Shown: positions 28,746 through 38,355, numbered from the stretch's first letter. The stretch: 64,000 nucleotides of DNA from an uncultured Candidatus Saccharibacteria bacterium (GCA_964573395.1 CAZNJI010000005.1:7759-71758); one strand, 5' to 3'. The notes: generated by a model from the letters alone, not told the origin. A program made the numbers and translations.

Positions 28746-29324
28746 ATGAATGAAGCTCCCCAGTATCCTCGAGAGTCGAAGTTTCGGGCATTCGTCGAAG
28801 GAGCGCTGTATTTTTTGAGTGCTTTTGCGCTCGCGCTTTTGATTCAAACCTACGTTGCCCGACCGTTCATCGTCAACGGCCAATCAATGGATCCGACTTT
28901 TTCGGACGGCGAATATTTGATCGTCGATGAAATTTCGTACCGATTCAACGATCCGGCACGAGGAGACGTCGTGGTATTCCGAGCGCCTCCTACTCCAGAG
29001 AAATTCTTCATCAAGCGGATCATCGGCCTACCTGGAGAAACGGTAGAAATTAAAAATGGCATCATTACCATAAAAAACGATGAGTACCCGAAGGGTTTCG
29101 TGCTCAAAGAAGAATTCATTACACATCGATCGCATGACACGTACCACACCACCGTACCCGATGGCGCCTACTTCGTCATGGGAGACAACCGCCAAGGAAG
29201 TTATGACTCGAGAAGCTGGGGAAGCCTTCCTGAAGAAAATCTTCGCGGGAAAGCGCTGGTGCGGCTCTTGCCCATCAAAAACATCGACTTCCTTCCAGGC
29301 AAGGTAGAGTACAGCGCGAATTAA
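28746..29324 (+). CDS. lepB: Signal peptidase I
   Basis: SMDPTF and GDNRQGSYDSRSWG boxes. Confidence 0.85.
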   Translation: MNEAPQYPRESKFRAFVEGALYFLSAFALALLIQTYVARPFIVNGQSMDPTFSDGEYLIVDEISYRFNDPARGDVVVFRAPPTPEKFFIKRIIGLPGETVEIKNGIITIKNDEYPKGFVLKEEFITHRSHDTYHTTVPDGAYFVMGDNRQGSYDSRSWGSLPEENLRGKALVRLLPIKNIDFLPGKVEYSAN

Positions 29325-29325
29325 C

Positions 29326-30627
29326 ATGGAAAAGAAAAAGCAAAAAAAGAACGAGCCGCTTACCAGCCCGAAGGGAATGCGAGACATCATCGGCGATGAT
29401 TACTATAAATTCCAAGGGTTTTTCGAAAAAGCCCAGGAGGTAGCCGTCTATTACGGCTTCAAGCCGATTGAAACGCCGATCCTCGAGCAAGACGAAGTGT
29501 TCACGAGCGGCATTGGCGCCGGCACCGACATCGTCGATAAGGAAATGTACACGCTTCGCACCAAAGGCGGCGACCATCTGGCGCTTCGCCCTGAAGGAAC
29601 CGCCGGCGTGGTACGAAGCTACATCGAGCATGGCATGCAGAGCCTGCCGCAGCCGGTCATGCTCTATTATTTCGGCCCGTATTTCCGACACGACAAGCCG
29701 CAGCGCGGCCGCTATCGCCAGCTGTACCAATTCGGGCTTGAAGCGCTCGGAAGCGAAAAAAGCATCGTTGATGCTCTTCTGATTAAGGCGACCTATACCA
29801 TTCTTGAAGAAGCAGGAGCGAAGAACCTTATTGTAGACATCAACTCGCTCGGCGACAAAGAATCCCGCGCGCAATACACCAAAGAACTCGTTGCCTACTA
29901 CAAAAAGTATGCAAATGCCCTTCCGACGGTCGACCGCGAACGACTGAAAACGAACCCGCTCCGTATCCTCGATTCAAAAGAGCCGAAAACGATTGAAATC
30001 AATCAAGACGCTCCCGATGCGGTGAGCTGCCTAAACGCCGCGTCGAAAAAGCATTTCAAAGAAGTGCTCGAATATTTAGGCGAAATGAACATTCCCTACC
30101 AGATAAATAAAAATCTGGTCCGCGGCCTCTCGTACTATACGCACACCATTTTTGAAATAATCGACACGACTACGGCTGAAGACGGCAGCGCACCGCTTGC
30201 CATTGCCGGCGGCGGCCGGTACGACCTCCTGGCAAAAGAGCTCGGCGCAAAGAAAGACGTGCCTGCAATGGGCGTTGGCATCGGGGTTGACCGCATCGTC
30301 GAATCTTCCTGGTACAAGAACTGCATGCCGCGCATCATGAAGAAGCCGAAAATCTACTTTATTCAAGTCGGCTTCGAAGCAAAACTGAAAAGCTTGAATG
30401 TGATTGAGATTCTTCGCAAGGCGCATATGCCCGTTATGCAGGCGCTCTCAAAAGACAGCCTTGCCGCCCAGCTTGCCGTTGCTGAAAAATCAGGCGTTCC
30501 GTACGTGCTTATTTTCGGCCAGAAAGAAGCGCTTGAACAATCGGTAATCGTTCGGCACATGGAAACTCGTTCGCAAGACACCGTTCGAATCGACAAACTG
30601 CTCGAATATCTCAAAAATTTGAAATAA
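29326..30627 (+). CDS. hisS: Histidyl-tRNA synthetase
   Basis: Class II motifs HLALRPEGTAGVVRSY and GGGRYD, plus an anticodon-binding domain. Confidence 0.9.
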   Translation: MEKKKQKKNEPLTSPKGMRDIIGDDYYKFQGFFEKAQEVAVYYGFKPIETPILEQDEVFTSGIGAGTDIVDKEMYTLRTKGGDHLALRPEGTAGVVRSYIEHGMQSLPQPVMLYYFGPYFRHDKPQRGRYRQLYQFGLEALGSEKSIVDALLIKATYTILEEAGAKNLIVDINSLGDKESRAQYTKELVAYYKKYANALPTVDRERLKTNPLRILDSKEPKTIEINQDAPDAVSCLNAASKKHFKEVLEYLGEMNIPYQINKNLVRGLSYYTHTIFEIIDTTTAEDGSAPLAIAGGGRYDLLAKELGAKKDVPAMGVGIGVDRIVESSWYKNCMPRIMKKPKIYFIQVGFEAKLKSLNVIEILRKAHMPVMQALSKDSLAAQLAVAEKSGVPYVLIFGQKEALEQSVIVRHMETRSQDTVRIDKLLEYLKNLK

Positions 30628-30629
30628 TC

Positions 30630-31124
30630 ATGGGAGCCATCATTCAGGAGCCGAATACCGTACTTCGCTCGGAGGCAGTTGCCGTTCCGCTTGATCAGAT
30701 CGCCTCGCCGAAGATCAGAAAAATAATCGCGGACATGAAAGCGGCGCTTGCCGGAGAAGACGACGGCGTGGCACTTGCCGCTCCGCAGATTGGCGTATCG
30801 CTTCGCCTCTTCATTGTTTCAAAAAAAGCGATGAAGGACGCGACTGACGATGTCGCATTCATCAATCCGACACTGGTTCGATTGGGAAAGAAAAAGAAGC
30901 TCGTTTCGGAAGGTTGTCTTTCCGTTCGGTGGAAATACGGCCAAGTAAAGCGTTCAGAAACTGCGACCGTTCGGGCGTACAACGAAGAAGGACATGAATT
31001 CGTCATGAGCGGCAGAGGCCTGCTGGCCCAAATTTTCCAGCACGAAACCGACCACTTAAACGGCATTCTTTTCATCGACTCGGCAATTAACATAGCGGAC
31101 ATGCCGCCTGAAGAAACCACATGA
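30630..31124 (+). CDS. def: Peptide deformylase
   Basis: Motifs EGCLS and QHETDHLNG. Confidence 0.9.
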   Translation: MGAIIQEPNTVLRSEAVAVPLDQIASPKIRKIIADMKAALAGEDDGVALAAPQIGVSLRLFIVSKKAMKDATDDVAFINPTLVRLGKKKKLVSEGCLSVRWKYGQVKRSETATVRAYNEEGHEFVMSGRGLLAQIFQHETDHLNGILFIDSAINIADMPPEETT

Positions 31125-31963
31125 AGTACGCTTTCTTTGGAACGCCAGCGGTAGCGAAAATCGCACTTGAAACGCTTATCGGTAAAAGGCTCGTTCCCCA
31201 ACTGGTTGTTACGGCGCCCGATGCACCAAGCGGTCGAGGCCTGCGGCTTACCCCTTCGCCCGTAAAAACATTCGCACTAGAACAGCAGATTGCGGTTGCA
31301 ACGCCTGAAAAAATAACCAAGGAGTTCATTGCCGAGCTTTCTGCGCAGGGCCCGTGGGATTTTTTTGTCGTAGTGGCATACGGAAAAATTCTTCCAGAAT
31401 CGCTTCTTGCAATTTCAGCGCATGGAGTGCTGAACATTCACCCTTCGCTTCTTCCAAAATATCGCGGGCCGGCACCGCTTGAAAGCGTACTGCTCTCAGA
31501 TGATACCGAAACCGGCGTTACTATCATGCTACTTGATACGGAAGTTGACCATGGCCCTGTGCTGGTGCAGGAACAATGGCCACTTCCGGAAACGGAAACA
31601 TTTGAAACGCTCGCCGAAAAATCGTTTATTCGTGGCGGAGAACTGATTGCGGAACTGGCGCCGAAACTTTTAGATAAAACAGTAACGCCTGCCGAGCAAG
31701 ATCACGCCCAGGCAACATTCACTAAAAAATTCATCAAAGAAGACGGCCTAGTACGTCTGGAAGAAACCCCGTGGGAATTATGGAAAAAATACCGCGCACT
31801 GCACCGGCGCCCGGGATTATATTTTTTTCATGAAAAAGAAGGAAAGAGCATGCGGATAAAAATAAAATCCGCCCGCTGGGAAGGCGGCAGATTCATCATT
31901 GAAACGGTTATTCCGGAAAACGGAAGACCGATACCGTTTGAACGGCTCTACTATTTGCAATAG
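31121..31963 (+). CDS. fmt: Methionyl-tRNA formyltransferase
   Basis: HPSLLPKYRGPAPL motif. The def-fmt gene pair overlaps by 4 nt. Confidence 0.9.
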   Translation: MKYAFFGTPAVAKIALETLIGKRLVPQLVVTAPDAPSGRGLRLTPSPVKTFALEQQIAVATPEKITKEFIAELSAQGPWDFFVVVAYGKILPESLLAISAHGVLNIHPSLLPKYRGPAPLESVLLSDDTETGVTIMLLDTEVDHGPVLVQEQWPLPETETFETLAEKSFIRGGELIAELAPKLLDKTVTPAEQDHAQATFTKKFIKEDGLVRLEETPWELWKKYRALHRRPGLYFFHEKEGKSMRIKIKSARWEGGRFIIETVIPENGRPIPFERLYYLQ

Positions 31964-31971
31964 TGATGAGT

Positions 31972-32069
31972 TGACATACTGCAATCGAAAGCCTCACGCA
32001 AGGCGGGCAAGTCGAGCGGATCAAAAACGTACGAGCGTTTTATGAGTGCTTTTGATTGCAGTATGTCGA
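31972..32069. other. Large inverted repeat (about 19-bp arms, about 57-nt spacer) between the convergent genes fmt and hpf
   Basis: tgacatactgcaatcgaaag .. cttttgattgcagtatgtcga. Confidence 0.5.
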
Positions 32070-32087
32070 ATAAGTAGTAAACAGCTG

Positions 32088-32480
32088 CTATTTTCTTTTT
32101 CGGAAGCTGAAACTTTTAACCGAATTGTATCCTCCTCGCAGCATTTCTTTTACGGCAAGCGCTCCCCGCTTCCAGAGCCGGCGTTCTTTGCCTTTGCTTG
32201 CGGTAATTTCGCGCTTCATTTCGTCTCGAATGTCGTCAATTGCCTCGTAGAGATCGGTTTTTTCAGAAACCGCACGATGCAAAGATCCGGCCGGGGTCGT
32301 AACGTTTACTTCAGCTCGGAAAATTTCTCCCGATTTATGATGATTCGTGGTTTTTTCAAGCTCAACCGATACCTGGCTTTCTGCGCCAGCAAATTGCTCT
32401 AAGAAGGAAAGTCGCTTTTCGGTATAGTCCCGCAGCGCTTCAGTAAGATCTAAATTAGTCGATTTTATGATGATGTTCAT
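32088..32480 (-). CDS. hpf: Ribosome hibernation promoting factor (RaiA/HPF short form)
   Basis: MNIIIKSTNLDLTEALRDYTEKRL.. is a typical HPF fold sequence. Confidence 0.85.
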   Translation of the reverse strand: MNIIIKSTNLDLTEALRDYTEKRLSFLEQFAGAESQVSVELEKTTNHHKSGEIFRAEVNVTTPAGSLHRAVSEKTDLYEAIDDIRDEMKREITASKGKERRLWKRGALAVKEMLRGGYNSVKSFSFRKRK

Positions 32481-32558
32481 ACGATAAACTCTTTGATTAT
32501 TACTGACCTTGCTATGCTTTCAGTGTAGCACGAGCTTAGAAAGTGAGAATGAAAGCAG

Positions 32559-33974
32559 TTACGCCGTCAGAATGAGCATCATGTTGGTGCTGCCGCTTTT
32601 GCCGAACGGAATTCCTGCCGTTGCCACGAAGTGCTCACCTTTTCCAAGTAACCCTTCTTTTACGAGAATCGGTCCGATTTCTTCGATTACTTCTCCCACG
32701 TATTTGAACTTTCTCATCTGAAACGGCTGGCAACCATACACCAGGGTTAATTGCCGAACCACTCGTTCGTGCGGCGTGAGCGCGATAATTGTCTGCTGCG
32801 GTTTGTAGCGCGCAATATTTTTCGGAGTTGAGCCAGTTTCGGTAAGCGCCACAATGTGCTTTGCCCGAATGTCTTCGGCATTGTGCACAACAGATGAACT
32901 GACCGAATCGATAATACTGTCGGTATGCACCTTGTGGCGGCGATGCGTCCCAACACCGCTCTCTGCCTGCACGGCAACTCGCGCCATAACCGTTACCGCC
33001 TCAACTGGAAACTCACCAAGCGCTGTTTCTTCGGAAAGCATCACCGCATCGGCACCATCAAAAATAGCGTTCGCCACATCTGAAATTTCAGCGCGGGTTG
33101 CTACCGGCGAGTGGATCATGCTCTCAAGCATCTGCGTTGCCACGATAACCGGCTTTCCCACTTCGTTGCATTTGCGGACAATCATTTTTTGCACCGCGGG
33201 AACGTTTTCCGGGCCAATTTCAATTGCCAAATCGCCGCGAGCCACCATCACACCGTCTGCAGCCGCAATAATGGCATCAATGTGCGTAACCGCTTCCTGG
33301 GTTTCGATTTTTGCAATAACGAGCGCCTCTTTTTTTGCTTTCTGAATGAGCTTCTTCAGTCCTGTAATATCATCAGCCGTACGAACGAACGAAAGCGCAA
33401 CGAAATCAACATTGTGCGAAAGCCCGAATGCTAAATCTTTTTTATCTTTGACAGTAAGCGCCGGAATCGAAAGGTACGCACCCGGAATGTTTACCCCACG
33501 GCGGCTTTTCGTTGCCCCTCCTACCAACACCCGCGTGTACACATCGGTGCCTACCACTTTTTCAACAACTAATTTCTTTTTTCCGTCATCAAGCATCAGT
33601 ATAAGTCCGGGCTGTATGTCTTTTTGAATATGTGGGTAATTGAAGTACACCTTTTTCTCTGTTCCCGCGCACTTTTTTCCTGAAAGAATCAGTTCTTGTC
33701 CTTTCACGAGCATAACCGAACCTGCTTCAAAGTCTCCAATGCGGATTTTGGGCCCTGAAAGATCAAGCAGCATGCCAATTGGTTTTTTCTTCGCCTTGGC
33801 TACGGCCTGGATGGTTTTCATCTTCTTGCTGTGTTCATCGTGCGACCCGTGGCTCATGTTAATGCGGGCAACATTTAAGCCGGCATCAATCAGGTCTCCG
33901 AAAACCTCTTTGCCTTCCGAGGCTGGGCCAATGGTTGCGACGATTTTTGTCTTTTTAAGCAAGTCGGGTTGCAT
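32559..33974 (-). CDS. pyk: Pyruvate kinase
   Basis: KIVATIGPAS..NVARINMSHGSHDEH and MVARGDLAIE motifs. Confidence 0.9.
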   Translation of the reverse strand: MQPDLLKKTKIVATIGPASEGKEVFGDLIDAGLNVARINMSHGSHDEHSKKMKTIQAVAKAKKKPIGMLLDLSGPKIRIGDFEAGSVMLVKGQELILSGKKCAGTEKKVYFNYPHIQKDIQPGLILMLDDGKKKLVVEKVVGTDVYTRVLVGGATKSRRGVNIPGAYLSIPALTVKDKKDLAFGLSHNVDFVALSFVRTADDITGLKKLIQKAKKEALVIAKIETQEAVTHIDAIIAAADGVMVARGDLAIEIGPENVPAVQKMIVRKCNEVGKPVIVATQMLESMIHSPVATRAEISDVANAIFDGADAVMLSEETALGEFPVEAVTVMARVAVQAESGVGTHRRHKVHTDSIIDSVSSSVVHNAEDIRAKHIVALTETGSTPKNIARYKPQQTIIALTPHERVVRQLTLVYGCQPFQMRKFKYVGEVIEEIGPILVKEGLLGKGEHFVATAGIPFGKSGSTNMMLILTA

Positions 33975-34023
33975 AATGTTTCTGTGTCTTGAAAAAGTGT
34001 TAAAAGAGTACTAGTATAGCGGC

Positions 34024-34338
34024 ATGACAAAAATAGTCAAAATAAGCTTGGTATTTCTAGGGCTTTTCCTTACATTCCGGGCATTGCCGGCGGAAGCCCA
34101 GTATTACCCGTTCTATTACCAGCCGCAGCCATGTTGCCTCAGTTACGCCTGGCACGATCCGCTGACCACACTCAGCTACGCGCCATTTTACGGAGGCTAC
34201 CCGCAATCATACGGATGGAATCAGCCATACCTTGGGAATGGTTTTGGAAACAACTTCGGCGGATGGGGCTACCCGGGATTTTCTTACGGAAACGGCGGAT
34301 ACTTCAACCTTGGCGCAAGCTTCGGTTTCGGCTGGTAG
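34024..34338 (+). CDS. Small secreted Gly/Tyr/Pro-rich protein
   Basis: Signal peptide, then YYPFYYQPQ..GNGFGNNFGGWGYPGFSYGNGGYF low-complexity sequence. Confidence 0.4.
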   Translation: MTKIVKISLVFLGLFLTFRALPAEAQYYPFYYQPQPCCLSYAWHDPLTTLSYAPFYGGYPQSYGWNQPYLGNGFGNNFGGWGYPGFSYGNGGYFNLGASFGFGW

Positions 34339-34611
34339 AACGGTATCACAAACGATGCTATAATCATCGGGCATTTTTAAAATGCTTAGTTCTTTATGTA
34401 TTAATATTCCCCTGTAGCTTGCGGTGGAGTGAGGCTTGGGATGGGACCCAAGCTGCAAGACCTTTTGAGATAGAATTGAGCATGCGAAAATTATATCCAA
34501 AAGGTGTACAGCTCCTGTAAGGAGGTCGCCGAGGCGACTGCCTACCGCGTAACAATTTATTTTGGCAATCATTAATGATGGTTACCAAATAGAACGTTAC
34601 AAAAAAAATAT

Positions 34612-34976
34612 TCCCCTGTAGCTCAGCGGTAGAGCAGTCGCCTGTAACATGAACAATGTTCAAATAGCAGCTTCCCGATCGAAAGACGGGTCGAAAAACG
34701 AAGTGAATTGACTGGAAATCCTGATCACACAGGATAATCAGCAGCCAAGCCCAGCCGTGAATCCAATAAGTTATTGAACTCACAACTGGGAAGGTTCAGA
34801 GACTATCTCGAAAGAGAGTACTCTCAGCCGTATTTTGTTTATAAAAAAATACGGCTAGGCGGAAGCGCTTCGCACCTTCCCTTTTTATTAAGAATGGTGA
34901 TGATATAGTCCATACCCGCAGTAATGCGAGAATATATGTAAGCGATTGGTCGTAGGTTCGAATCCTACCGGGGGAG
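34612..34976 (+). tRNA. tRNA-Asn(GUU) interrupted in the anticodon loop (between positions 35/36) by a ~293-nt intron-like insert (34646-34938)
   Basis: 5' exon: tcccctg-ta-gctc-agcggta-gagc-a-gtcgc-cugu. 3' exon: uaa-gcgat-tggtc-gtagg-ttcgaat-cctac-cggggga-g. Acceptor 7/7 paired (with U6-G67), and the G73 discriminator is typical of tRNA-Asn. The insert ends in G and contains CAGCCAAG and AGACUA P7-like motifs. Confidence 0.55.
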
Positions 34977-36641
34977 CAAAGTCGAACAAACATCCCTGAA
35001 AATAGGATTTTGTTCCGAAACATCAATGATATTTTCAGGTTCGAACTGTATGTTCTTCTGTTTTGCCGCACTTAGTCCATCAATTAGAGTTTGAAACTCT
35101 TCTGCGTTGGTAATACTCATTTTTTCTTCATTCCAGATAAGGTTCGATTTAAACTTCTTCAAAACAACTCGTTTAGCCTTGGTATCATCTGAAGAAAGAA
35201 CATCCACGAAAGATTGTGTTAAATCAACAATTTCACGCATTCGTATTGACCAATCCTGTCTTTGTATTGATTGCGTTTTAAGCTCAGCAACTTCCCTATC
35301 AATTTTTTCAGCATCTTTTTTGTAATCATCGGGAGAAGTTACACCATCGTTTAAATACTGTCGTGCTCGGTCCTTGCGTGCAAGAAGCTGTTCAAGGTGA
35401 CTTTTTCTTCCTTGTTCAATCGTTACAATGTGCTCTACTTCTCTATCTTTCATTTCTTGAATATTTCTCCTGCACCAATCCGCTAAAGCTGGCGATAGTT
35501 GAAGATTTTCCTTAACGTAGCTGATTAAGTAGTCAGTAATACAAGATTCTTCAATATATCGAGCTTTGAGTTTTTTCTTTCTACGACTGACGTTGTAATA
35601 GTAATGGTATGAGAGGTATTTAGGGCTCTTAATTTCTGCAAGTGTTTTGTTGCATTTAGGGCAACAGTCCTTGTTCTGGTAGGAGAATTTATATTTGCAC
35701 TCGCAAATTAATTGAAGCTTTATATCTGGACCAATAAATTCACCGTAAGGAGATTTAATAAAACCACTATAAGGAGTTAAGTGCTCTTTTGTCTTTGGAA
35801 CACTTCTATCTCCAAGCATTCTGCGTACCTTGTAATGTTCTGCCTCGGTTATCATTCGAGGTAATTCTGGAGCAAGCTCATATCGTTCTCCTCCATAGTA
35901 AAAGAAGCCTGCAAAAATAGGGTCTTTCAAAATTTCATAAATACGTGAGTAAGTAATAAATTTCCCACCAATTCTTTTACTCTTCCGTGTTGTGAACTTA
36001 ACTTCATTTACTGCCCACTCATAGAGCTGTGTTCCGGAATAGCTTCCGGAAAGAAACATACTGAACATCTGTTTGATAATGTTAAACCGATCCTCATCTA
36101 CTAACCACTTCCTATTTCCCTTTTCTTCGCTTCGATCATTTTTAAACCCAAGAGCCGCAAGACCATGTGGGTATCCCATGCTAGCTTTCTTTGCCTGCCC
36201 TCGTTTTACGTTTACCGAAAGATCTCGACTAAACTGATTAGCTGAACCAAATTCAACTGACATAAGGAGTGCATTTTCGTTTGGAAGATATACTTTAGTA
36301 GGAGTAATAATTGCTTTGATGATTCCTTTTTGAAGTAAGTCTATTATGAGCCCTCCATCAACCATGTTTCGAGCAAGACGGTCCAATTTCCAGCAGATAA
36401 TTGCATTGATTTTTCCCTCATGTAGGTCTTTAATCATTCGCTTATAAATCTCACGCTCTCCGGCAAAATGTGCCGATTTTGCTTCTTCATACAATTCTGA
36501 CTTCACTATTTCCCAATATGAAATTAGACGCTCTGCCTCTTCCTTTTGGGCTGGAATTGAAAGGACCTGTTTTTCTTCAGATTCTTGCGATTTCCTACAA
36601 TAAATTCCTGGAATTAAATCTTTTATTTGGTTCCTGTCCAT
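34965..36641 (-). CDS. Large serine recombinase (site-specific integrase)
   Basis: Resolvase catalytic domain (IYCRKSQESEEKQ..S, KLDRLARN), a recombinase domain, and a Zn-ribbon CECKYK..CCPKC. The last 4 codons overlap the tRNA-Asn T-arm/acceptor. Confidence 0.9.
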   Translation of the reverse strand: MDRNQIKDLIPGIYCRKSQESEEKQVLSIPAQKEEAERLISYWEIVKSELYEEAKSAHFAGEREIYKRMIKDLHEGKINAIICWKLDRLARNMVDGGLIIDLLQKGIIKAIITPTKVYLPNENALLMSVEFGSANQFSRDLSVNVKRGQAKKASMGYPHGLAALGFKNDRSEEKGNRKWLVDEDRFNIIKQMFSMFLSGSYSGTQLYEWAVNEVKFTTRKSKRIGGKFITYSRIYEILKDPIFAGFFYYGGERYELAPELPRMITEAEHYKVRRMLGDRSVPKTKEHLTPYSGFIKSPYGEFIGPDIKLQLICECKYKFSYQNKDCCPKCNKTLAEIKSPKYLSYHYYYNVSRRKKKLKARYIEESCITDYLISYVKENLQLSPALADWCRRNIQEMKDREVEHIVTIEQGRKSHLEQLLARKDRARQYLNDGVTSPDDYKKDAEKIDREVAELKTQSIQRQDWSIRMREIVDLTQSFVDVLSSDDTKAKRVVLKKFKSNLIWNEEKMSITNAEEFQTLIDGLSAAKQKNIQFEPENIIDVSEQNPIFRDVCSTLLPR

Positions 36642-37009
36642 AATTGGTTATCTATATTATTTTAACTCATTTTTACGTAGCACCCGACCTTTCTGCCTAT
36701 AATGCATGGCATACCGATAATTTATGTAACAATCTAGGTATAAATACTGACGGCCTCTGCCCTAGAACTCCTGCATATGGTTCATTCTCTGAAGTTCCCT
36801 CTCTTAGGCATCATATTTATTGACCATATGAGGTGCTTATTAATGGGCTGGGTGCGGTGTAGGTCGTCGAAACGCATTATTCCCAGCTTTCACATAAACA
36901 CCCCATGTAGCCTTCATTTTCGTGTACATTGACCAATGTACCTTATTAAAGCGGTGTCTTTTTATCGCGAGTATTCACCAAAGTTCGCTGTGTAGATTGA
37001 ATTGTCGAA

Positions 37010-37225
37010 TCATTTTTTTTCCTGTTTAATAGACTCAACAAATAATGTAAGTAGAAAATCACCGATATTATTTATATCTGTATCAGATAGTTTTTGTGCG
37101 CCAGAATGACCTATTTCGTTTTGTAAGACAAAACGTAAATCATCAATCGCTTTTTGACTTAATCTTCTTATCTCTTCCACTGTTGTGTGCCTATTAAATA
37201 AACACAGAACAAAAAAGCCGAGCAC
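37010..37225 (-). CDS. Hypothetical small protein
   Basis: ORF followed by terminator 37211-37252 (aaaaaagccgagc..gctcggctttttt). Confidence 0.3.
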   Translation of the reverse strand: MLGFFVLCLFNRHTTVEEIRRLSQKAIDDLRFVLQNEIGHSGAQKLSDTDINNIGDFLLTLFVESIKQEKK

Positions 37226-37514
37226 CTAATATTAGGTTGTCTCGGCTTTTTTGTAAGGGAATACAACCTAGGTTAAATTAGGTTATATTCCCTTAGAGAA
37301 ATAAGGAAACGTTGCACTGTTCTATAACTCGAATCGCTGTTTCTTGATGGTCACATAAAGCGCCCTCACAAGTTGCTAGAATTTGACTTTAAAAGTTCTG
37401 TAGCAAAACACCCACCACAACTGTAAGGTATTGGAGTACATATTGTTGTGAGGGATGTTTTACTCTCCAATACCTAATTTTATTTTAGTAAATAAAAATC
37501 AAATTGTCTATAAG

Positions 37515-37530
37515 TTGATTTAGAAATCAA
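37515..37530. promoter_or_regulatory. Palindromic site TTGATTTAGAAATCAA (copy 1)
   Basis: Identical 16-mer with 7-bp inverted arms, repeated at 38304. Confidence 0.4.
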
Positions 37531-37544
37531 GAAATCAAGTTTAA

Positions 37545-37691
37545 TTAATCCTCAAAACCACCTAATAAAGCGATTATTATTCCCATAACAACAAGTGAAG
37601 CAATCGCTGTCCAGAAACCGCCCATTAATAATGCAATGATAAAAACAATTACGGCTAATATTCTCATGAATATATGAATAAAAAACTTCAT
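37545..37691 (-). CDS. Tiny hydrophobic protein (48 aa, below track cutoff)
   Basis: Manual translation: MKFFIHIFMRILAVIVFIIALLMGGFWTAIASLVVMGIIIALLGGFED. Confidence 0.3.
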   Translation of the reverse strand: MKFFIHIFMRILAVIVFIIALLMGGFWTAIASLVVMGIIIALLGGFED

Positions 37692-37693
37692 TT

Positions 37694-37924
37694 TTAATCT
37701 TTCTTAACCAAACTATATTCCTTCGGTTTCTTTCCAGTAATCTTATGAATTACTTTATTAGCGATAGTACATCCAATTACTACAGCAATGATTAAAGGTA
37801 TAAGTCCTTGAACAATAAGACCATTAACAATACCTATTACAATCAAAACAATAAATAACCCAACAATATAAGCAATGATTATTCTTCCTGTACTAGGCTT
37901 CTTAATATTTAACTCTTCATTCAT
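37694..37924 (-). CDS. Small membrane protein (2 TM)
   Basis: 76-aa ORF adjacent to the tiny hydrophobic ORF. Confidence 0.4.
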   Translation of the reverse strand: MNEELNIKKPSTGRIIIAYIVGLFIVLIVIGIVNGLIVQGLIPLIIAVVIGCTIANKVIHKITGKKPKEYSLVKKD

Positions 37925-38303
37925 AGTTTAATTTTTTGTTTAAAAACAATAAAACATTCTTTTAATAATTAAATGGGTTTTTGTATATAAAACGCAAAAA
38001 GCCCAACACGAAGGTGGTAGCTTGCGCTACCCATACCAGTTTCCCGGTATGACCAGTGACGGCAGACCCTTCGATGTTGGGTTCTTTGCACGTCACTGGT
38101 TTTTCTTCACCATGCCAGCCCTAGGGGCTGGTTTAGGCTACTTCGCTAAGTATTACACGAAAATATGAAGTTTTCTACAGATAGGTTTAAAAACCCAAAA
38201 ACCCAAGAAATCCATATTTTCTTAGGTAGATAAGAGTCCGGTTTTTAAACCGGAAAACCCGATATTTTGGTTTAAAAACCAAAAAAACAATAACCCTTAA
38301 AAA

Positions 38304-38319
38304 TTGATTTAGAAATCAA
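38304..38319. promoter_or_regulatory. Palindromic site TTGATTTAGAAATCAA (copy 2), 36 bp upstream of the 38356 operon
   Basis: Exact repeat of the 37515 site. Confidence 0.4.
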
Positions 38320-38355
38320 TTAATCAGAAATTGGCTTGTAAACACAAATATAGCT

